Virus record (IMG/VR): IMGVR_UViG_3300027785_000021
Location: 1 to 64,000 of that record
DNA: 64,000 nt
Origin: an uncultured virus (IMG/VR IMGVR_UViG_3300027785_000021)
Taxonomy: Duplodnaviria > Heunggongvirae > Uroviricota > Caudoviricetes
Direction: 5' to 3' (one strand)
This document shows positions 58,519-64,000 of the stretch, piece by piece; position 1 is the stretch's first letter; each line of letters starts with the position of its first letter. The notes under the pieces are model-generated. The model searched no databases and was not told the origin of the DNA. It worked only from the letters and a program-made list of their open reading frames with translations. A program made the translations under genes and the position numbers.

Positions 58519-58559
58519 AGTAAGTTACTAACTAGTAAGTTACTAAGCAGTAACCTACT
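58519..58559. repeat. Three 11-bp palindromic units at 15-bp period
   Basis: AGTAAGTTACT (58519), AGTAAGTTACT (58534), AGTAACCTACT (58549). Confidence 0.7.
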
Positions 58560-58767
58560 TAGTAAAACCAGCCTTGTACTTAGCTTTTGCTATCTTCAGC
58601 TCCAACTTCTCTTGGTCAGTTTTAGCAAACACACTTTTATCAATAGAAACTCTGTTCTTATTGATTAGCGTGCTCAACTCCTGACGTAAGTTGTTGGAAG
58701 CGTTAGATGCATCAGACTTTGGTACAAGCTTAGCACTACCTCTAGTGGCATTGTTTGAATTCTGCAT
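58555..58767 (-). CDS. Small basic protein
   Basis: 70-aa ORF. Confidence 0.55.
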   Translation of the reverse strand: MQNSNNATRGSAKLVPKSDASNASNNLRQELSTLINKNRVSIDKSVFAKTDQEKLELKIAKAKYKAGFTK

Positions 58768-58796
58768 ATGTTATAATTAAAAAAATGAATACTAAT

Positions 58797-59051
58797 TTAT
58801 AGATTGTCTAGCGTAATCAAGCTGTCAAGTTCAGAATATTTACCTGAATACACATTTTTGCTATCAACACCTTCTACCCAGATACTATCTTCTGATACTT
58901 CCAGGTAGTATTCAATATCAATATTGCCACCAATTTTTACATCTTCAAATCTTTTAGCAGGATCAGCATTGTATACAGCTCCTATAAATAGTCCTGTTCC
59001 AAATGCTAATACTACTGATGCAATTGCCCACTTTAAATTTTCTCTTTTCAT
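58797..59051 (-). CDS. Small protein with N-terminal TM
   Basis: WAIASVVLAFGTGLFIGAV. Confidence 0.6.
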   Translation of the reverse strand: MKRENLKWAIASVVLAFGTGLFIGAVYNADPAKRFEDVKIGGNIDIEYYLEVSEDSIWVEGVDSKNVYSGKYSELDSLITLDNL

Positions 59052-59138
59052 TTGTTTTATTATTGGTTATTAAATTTCTGATAAAAAAAAAGGAGGAATG
59101 TATTACACACTCCTCCTCCTTGCTTTAACTTCCCACGG

Positions 59139-59429
59139 TTATTGCATTATTTCTCTAAGAGGTAACTCACTGACTTCTTTCATCACTTTGGTCACGTCTC
59201 CTGGTGTCAAATAACCTATAACATCACAAGTAATAGGTGTATCATACACAAGGGTAGACTCTTTGTCTTTAGGTCCCATGTGTATTACTGCAAGTTCATA
59301 CAAACCTTCCTTACCACCCTTAGTGTATTCTCCACGTATAACAGACACACCATAGTGGTTGTCAAAAAGATGATGAGAATATTCACCCATCCACTCATTG
59401 TTTTCAAATTTCAAGTCTTCAAATGTCAT
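59139..59429 (-). CDS. Hypothetical protein
   Basis: FDNHYGVSVI...GG..GLYELAV...YDTPIT.DVIGYLT. Confidence 0.75.
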   Translation of the reverse strand: MTFEDLKFENNEWMGEYSHHLFDNHYGVSVIRGEYTKGGKEGLYELAVIHMGPKDKESTLVYDTPITCDVIGYLTPGDVTKVMKEVSELPLREIMQ

Positions 59430-59458
59430 ATTTTTGATTTATAAGTTACTATTTTGTA

Positions 59459-59561
59459 GATCCCCTCTGTACTCAGTTGTAACCTATAGGTAGTATGTGT
59501 TATATACATACATCTAATTTCGATTACAACTGCCTGACCTTGGGAATCAGGAATGGTACAT
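59459..59561 (-). ncRNA. Candidate structured RNA: three-way junction plus pseudoknot
   Basis: Minus strand P1 UGUAC/GUACA, P2 CCUGA/UCAGG (loop UUCCCAAGG), P3 CAGUUGUAA/UUACAACUG; loop UUCCC complementary to 3' GGGGA. Confidence 0.55.
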
Positions 59562-59783
59562 TAAAAATAGACTACCCTACTAGAGAGTAGTCTATAACAC
59601 AGTTTGTTATGAGCACTGTATAAGCTGTTAGCTTTTTGAGCTGTTATCCATAGCTTGGAGAAAACATCAGTTAGTTCACTATTACCACCACAGTAATATC
59701 ACCTAACCTAGTTTTTTTCTTTGTTTGACTGTTGGTTAGACAGCTTAAGGGAATAAAAGAAGCTATATTAAAATCCCTTTTCG

Positions 59784-59904
59784 TACTCTCACAAGGTTGC
59801 AACCCTTGACTTAATTTTCCATACCACTGATGGTGTGCAAGTTACTGCCAATATAAATTGTATTCTTTATACACCTCTTCAGGTGTCCTGCTTGGATGAG
59901 AGTA
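59784..59904 (-). ncRNA. Candidate tRNA-shaped non-coding RNA (acceptor-like stem plus T-arm-like hairpin)
   Basis: 5' ACUCUCA pairs with 3' UGAGAGU, directly preceded by CAAGG-GUUGCAA-CCUUG (5-bp stem, 7-nt loop); internal hairpins. Confidence 0.5.
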
Positions 59905-60095
59905 ATAGGTTGTTTCAGTAGTTCCACAAGGGAACTTAACGCATACGCCATGAGTATCTAAACTCTGAGGGCAACAACAATGTATACTTAAATCAGGACT
60001 CTTACCTGCAAATCCCTACATAGTCAATAGGAATGGCTTTCTCATAAAAAACTGACTTGCAAATCAGAATAATATGATAAGAAAAAAGGGAGAAC

Positions 60096-60317
60096 TTAAT
60101 CTCCCATATCAACAGAGTACGCAATCCTTTTAACAGGATCAACATATAGACAGGATGAACCTGACCTATTACTAAATGCTTTCTCATAATTACCCTTAGG
60201 AAGAGTAATACCAGAGTTAAGCCAACCAAGCCAATTAACTCCTTGTGCTAACATATGTTGTTTAGCTTCTTCATAGGAGTAATACTTATCAATGGTAACT
60301 AATAGAATGTTTGTCAT
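60096..60317 (-). CDS. Hypothetical protein
   Basis: 73-aa ORF. Confidence 0.55.
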   Translation of the reverse strand: MTNILLVTIDKYYSYEEAKQHMLAQGVNWLGWLNSGITLPKGNYEKAFSNRSGSSCLYVDPVKRIAYSVDMGD

Positions 60318-60457
60318 AGACGTGGGTTTTAATGTGGTTAATAGCTATATAGTACGTAAATTCATTGTGTTATTGTGGCAAAAAACTAAAAGCAAAGAAA
60401 GGTATAGTGAGGGACTGATCCCCCACTCTTACCTCCTCTAAATCAGGTAGTTACTTG

Positions 60458-60955
60458 TTATTCACCACCTGGCAACATGCCTTTACCACTCTCAAGTGCT
60501 TTAGACGCGCTAACCTCTGCTTGATTATCGTGAGAAACATTCACATCATGCAATTGATCAGCAGTATCCCACTTAACAAAGCGTAAAATACGTTCTCCAT
60601 TGCTTGTCAACGCAGGACCATCAGCACCAGCACGCTTGATATAACTATCAATAGCCTCCTCATAGCTTACGTCATCACGCAGAAACTCCTTAGCTACATC
60701 AGCAGGTACTTGAGATTCTAGGAACTCAAGGGCTACCAATTTACCAGCTACTTGCAAACCTTTACAAGAGCTTACGAACTGCTCAAGCGTAGCAGTCTTA
60801 CCGCGTAATAAGCACGTGCGCTTAACTTCGCGAATCCATCCAGCGGTCATTACAATAGCACTTTGCTCTAATTGCACATAACCAAAATCAGCGTTTGAAT
60901 CATACGCTGTCACTACAGATCCCTTCTTTCCAGGGACAATTCTTACATTACTCAT
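60458..60955 (-). CDS. Early protein, paralog of 62059..62550
   Basis: Shares GY..LE...GWIR..KRTCL.RG, E..IP/VPADVAK..LRDDV...EAI..Y.KRAG.DG..LT..G.RI.RF, SHDN..EV. Confidence 0.8.
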   Translation of the reverse strand: MSNVRIVPGKKGSVVTAYDSNADFGYVQLEQSAIVMTAGWIREVKRTCLLRGKTATLEQFVSSCKGLQVAGKLVALEFLESQVPADVAKEFLRDDVSYEEAIDSYIKRAGADGPALTSNGERILRFVKWDTADQLHDVNVSHDNQAEVSASKALESGKGMLPGGE

Positions 60956-60987
60956 ACATCAAGAGTTTAAATTTATACTGAGTTCAA

Positions 60988-61003
60988 TGGGGGTTGCTGT
61001 ATT
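60988..61003 (-). promoter_or_regulatory. Repeated motif copy 1 (TGGGGGTTGCTGTATT on +)
   Basis: Exact 16-nt match to 62641-62656; 32 nt upstream of ATG 60955. Confidence 0.55.
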
Positions 61004-61218
61004 GGACAGATCAACGTGTTGTACACCATTCCCCATGGGTTGTTTATTACCTTTCATCACCCTGGGGAAAAAACTGCATGCGTATCGTATGTCAACCTAC
61101 ATTCCACCATTCATCTCCACCAAGAGGACAAAAAACTGCACAACTTGACGCAACGTGTGACAGAGTGTACTCCATCATCTATGCATCGTGTGTGCAGTTT
61201 GTCCCCAATGGGTGGTTA

Positions 61219-61458
61219 TTAGTAGCTCATGGGTTCCCCCATCTGGTTCTCCATTGAAGCTACATCAGCATCAATAGCTTTTTGCAAATGATGGCTTAAT
61301 AATTCAAGAGCAACTGTTGCACCTGCTAGTCTTTCAAAGCTTAGTTTTTTACTAAGTACTGAATAGCCACTAGCATCAATAGCTTTCTTGTCTTTATTAA
61401 GTTGATCAATTCTTGCATCAATCATAGCTACAACATCAATCAAAGTTCCTTTGTCCAT
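61219..61458 (-). CDS. Hypothetical protein
   Basis: MDKGTLIDVVAMIDARI... Confidence 0.6.
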   Translation of the reverse strand: MDKGTLIDVVAMIDARIDQLNKDKKAIDASGYSVLSKKLSFERLAGATVALELLSHHLQKAIDADVASMENQMGEPMSY

Positions 61459-61507
61459 AATACATAGTTTTAAAATACAGGGTGAGATACAGCACCCTGT
61501 TAACTGT

Positions 61508-61663
61508 TTATTTTGAGCCAAGCATTGGCATTAGCATACACGCCCAGAAGACGCACATGAATCCAACTGCTTGAAGCATGTGAGAGCCAAAGCTCATCAG
61601 CAAGCCACTAAATACCCCTAGACATAACACTGCCCAGAGGTATAAGATTACTGTCTTTGTCAT
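61508..61663 (-). CDS. Small two-TM membrane protein (51 aa)
   Basis: Not in the track: MTKTVILYLWAVLCLGVFSGLLMSFGSHMLQAVGFMCVFWACMLMPMLGSK; ATGA overlap with the upstream stop. Confidence 0.55.
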   Translation of the reverse strand: MTKTVILYLWAVLCLGVFSGLLMSFGSHMLQAVGFMCVFWACMLMPMLGSK

Positions 61664-61992
61664 ACCTTGCCATAGTTTTTAAGGGTGACAGAAACAGACT
61701 CAGATAGTTCAGAGTCATGTACCTCAGTGAACTTGCTTCTACATAGTAGAACAAACTCACGTGGATGACTCTTGTGTTTTGGATTAGTAACCCAGCACAC
61801 ATTCAGATTCAGGTGTAGACCTGATACTGTGGAGGCAAGAGGAATGACAACATAGCGTCCATTCTTCATATTGCCAATAGCGTATCTAACGCCATCTGAC
61901 TCCTCATGCAGAAACATATTTTGTATCTGCTTATCTTTCATGAACTCTGCAAGAGGTTGTGAGTCCATGAATGTAAAATTGTACTTACACAT
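61660..61992 (-). CDS. Hypothetical protein
   Basis: 110-aa ORF. Confidence 0.6.
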   Translation of the reverse strand: MCKYNFTFMDSQPLAEFMKDKQIQNMFLHEESDGVRYAIGNMKNGRYVVIPLASTVSGLHLNLNVCWVTNPKHKSHPREFVLLCRSKFTEVHDSELSESVSVTLKNYGKV

Positions 61993-62058
61993 AGTAATTT
62001 GTTTTAAAGATTAATAAAAGAGAAGCACGCCTATTTGACGTGCCTCTCATAGGACTGT

Positions 62059-62550
62059 TTAGAATGGTGCGTCCTCTTTCTTAACACCACCTGCTTTGGA
62101 AGCAGTCACCTCAGCGACATTGTCATGAGAGATGGTCATGTCAGTAATGATAGCAGCGCCATCATACTCACAGAATCTCACAATGCGTTTGCCACCTCTA
62201 GTGAGTAGCACGCCATCCTGACCTGCGCGTTTAACATATGGCTCAATAGCCTCGTCAAACGTCACGTCATCACGCAAGTTGGCTTTAGCCACATCTGCAG
62301 GAATTTCATCCTCCAAATACTCGCGCACTGCAATGCGTCCTGGAAGAGACTTGGTTGCAGCGACCAATTTCTCCAAACGCTCAACTGTACCTCTCATGAG
62401 GCAGGTGCGTTTAGAATCACGTATCCAACCGCCATCAAAGACAGTAGCTACGGTTTCCAGAACAATGTATCCATACTCCTTGTTAGTAGCATAGACGTTA
62501 ACTAATACTCCCTTAGTATTAGCTTTGATAGTTACAGCGTTTGTTGCCAT
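62059..62550 (-). CDS. Early protein, paralog of 60458..60955, with SSB-like acidic-PF tail
   Basis: ATG 62550 (MATNAV); ends KKEDAPF. Confidence 0.8.
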   Translation of the reverse strand: MATNAVTIKANTKGVLVNVYATNKEYGYIVLETVATVFDGGWIRDSKRTCLMRGTVERLEKLVAATKSLPGRIAVREYLEDEIPADVAKANLRDDVTFDEAIEPYVKRAGQDGVLLTRGGKRIVRFCEYDGAAIITDMTISHDNVAEVTASKAGGVKKEDAPF

Positions 62551-62561
62551 AATCGTGGGAA

Positions 62562-62632
62562 TGGTTGACCTGCACCAAAAGGTTAAATTAAAATTGTGTA
62601 CTATAATTCTAAAGGCCATAGTACGTATGCCT
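62562..62632 (-). promoter_or_regulatory. Two-hairpin leader element, copy A
   Basis: Stem gtactat/atagtac, loop aattctaaaggcc; second hairpin tggt-tgacctgc-acca; 11 nt from ATG 62550. Confidence 0.7.
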
Positions 62633-62640
62633 GAATATCT

Positions 62641-62656
62641 TGGGGGTTGCTGTATT
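62641..62656 (-). promoter_or_regulatory. Repeated motif copy 2 (TGGGGGTTGCTGTATT on +)
   Basis: Exact match to 60988-61003; just upstream of leader copy A. Confidence 0.55.
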
Positions 62657-62658
62657 TG

Positions 62659-62916
62659 TTAGATAACTTGTATCCACTCTACATCACCATGCTTGTCATA
62701 CTGCAATTCAGCATTGCGCAGGTAGTGAAACTCCTTGCCATCAATTCTGCTCTTGAATGTTGGAGTAGAACTGATGAGTCTTTCAAGGATGTCTATTGAA
62801 CCTTTGATCTGCATCGTAAGTGAGTTACTTAAGTCATGTAACTCTAGAATGCCATAGGCCTTATCATCAGTGATGTGATCAAGGACTACTGTTGGGTTTG
62901 TGATTATAACTCGCAT
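62659..62916 (-). CDS. Hypothetical protein
   Basis: ATG 62916 MRVIITNP... Confidence 0.6.
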   Translation of the reverse strand: MRVIITNPTVVLDHITDDKAYGILELHDLSNSLTMQIKGSIDILERLISSTPTFKSRIDGKEFHYLRNAELQYDKHGDVEWIQVI

Positions 62917-62925
62917 AACATAGGT

Positions 62926-63001
62926 GTGGTTGACCTGAAGTACCACAAGGTTCTAAATTAAAATGTGCATTGTAATTCTAATGGCCACAATGCTAATGCC
63001 T
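62926..63001 (-). promoter_or_regulatory. Two-hairpin leader element, copy B
   Basis: Stem gcattgt/acaatgc, loop aattctaatggcc; second hairpin gtggt-tgacctgaagt-accac; 9 nt from ATG 62916. Confidence 0.7.
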
Positions 63002-63390
63002 ATCATGAGTAATCATGTACGTAAGAGAGTAGGACAACAGTTAATAGAGTATCACAGAGAGATGATTAGTCTCCCTGTGGCTCGTCCTGCGCAGGCACTT
63101 GGCATCCCACCAAGTCTTTGAAATCACATGCAGTTGTTTCTGTAGTAAGCGTATGCTTCTGACAGAGACAATGCAATGATTTGTACTCCTGCAATGTAGT
63201 ATGTTTTGTACATTGTATAGGTTTTTTGTCCTGGATATCATGGGGGGTGCTGTGTTCTGGCGTGGACTGGGGGAGCTGTAGCATAGACAGTACCCATAAT
63301 CTCTTCCTCAGAGAAATTTCAGTACTTGAAAAATTTTTATATAGAAATTTTTTTTTGTAACTTATAGTGTAAACATAAACACATTGCGCA

Positions 63391-64000
63391 ATGAAAACAC
63401 AAAAAATTAACTTAATTAATGTAGACTTCTCTGGGTTTTCTGCTACTGAAGCAGATCGTAGAGATGGTGCAGTTGGCCACGTAAACTATGCGTTGTCACA
63501 AATTGATTTAGCTACTGGTATTGACACAGATTATAATGCTCGTGGTAGAGTATTATTTAACATCTTAGGACAAGCTTCTAATAACGATGGTATTAATAGT
63601 GGTAGTTCTCTTGTTATTGGTCAGAAGTATATTATTGACTATTTAGAAGAAGGTGATGATTTTACTAATGTAGGTGCTGCTGAGAATGCTGTTGGGGTAG
63701 TGTTCACTGCTACTGGTGAAACTCCTGACGTTTGGAATGGAAGCGTTTTACATGAAAACTTATCCAAAGATATTAGTGATATTGTTAGGAAGTATAGTGA
63801 TGCAGAATTTTACAAATGGGTATTTCTTGCAGATAGTGCACTTGCAAGTTTTAATAAAGGATTTGAATATATTGGTGGACCATCTGTGCTTACAGGTGAT
63901 GACATGTTTGATTATATTTCTGTTGATCCTGAGCTTGTTACTGAAAATGTAGAATATTACTATGGAAATATAACTCTACTTAACATGGATACTAGAATTT
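63391..64000 (+). CDS. Putative structural/fibre protein (3'-truncated by the window edge)
   Basis: Open frame from ATG 63391 to the end (MKTQKINLINVDF...); GSSLVIGQKYII...DFTNVGAAENAVGVVFTATG resembles a phage fibre repeat. Confidence 0.65.
   Translation, partial: MKTQKINLINVDFSGFSATEADRRDGAVGHVNYALSQIDLATGIDTDYNARGRVLFNILGQASNNDGINSGSSLVIGQKYIIDYLEEGDDFTNVGAAENAVGVVFTATGETPDVWNGSVLHENLSKDISDIVRKYSDAEFYKWVFLADSALASFNKGFEYIGGPSVLTGDDMFDYISVDPELVTENVEYYYGNITLLNMDTRI

Noticed and set aside
59784..59904. Canonical tRNA gene
   Set aside because: No UUCRA T-loop, no recognisable D or anticodon arm, too long; kept only as a tRNA-shaped candidate
60994..61257. Plus-strand ORFs 60994..61257 and 61016..61222
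   Set aside because: TTG starts, atypical composition, opposite to local gene flow; better explained as structured non-coding DNA
63041..63284. Minus-strand ORFs 63041..63241 and 63066..63284
   Set aside because: Overlapping frames with odd composition across the regulatory motifs; neither can be supported

Overview
This window is part of a large, AT-rich lytic phage genome, most likely crAss-like (Crassvirales or a relative) infecting Bacteroidota. The evidence is a 4019-aa two-barrel RNA polymerase with a DFDID active-site motif and an N-terminal HExxH zincin domain, repeated TAnnTTTG Bacteroidota-type -7 promoter boxes, and AT-rich translation starts with no obvious Shine-Dalgarno. Layout: (1) 1-19.6 kb (+): operon of giant putative virion cargo/ejection proteins including the RNAP; (2) 19.6-24.2 kb (+): tail fibre/spike genes; (3) 24.2-43.7 kb, mostly (-): replication and nucleotide metabolism (class II RNR, PolB, PD-(D/E)xK nuclease, GIY-YIG, primase, SSB-like, Sak4-like ATPase, DnaB, UDG, SF2 helicase, HNH, dUTPase), interrupted by a (+) lysis cassette; (4) 43.8-63.3 kb (-): many small early/accessory genes, a MoxR AAA + vWA pair and several structured non-coding elements; (5) a strand switch near 63.3 kb. 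The most striking observation is in the four consecutive cargo proteins (about 6,500 visible aa). By my reading they contain only six cysteines, all within five residues of a terminus, one on each side of every gene junction, and none at the free C-terminus of the last protein. This suggests a head-to-tail disulfide-linked ejection chain. The early region also holds a duplicated leader element with compensatory base-pair changes, a tRNA-shaped non-tRNA element and two junction+pseudoknot RNA candidates. Family assignments come from motif recognition by eye; no searches were run.
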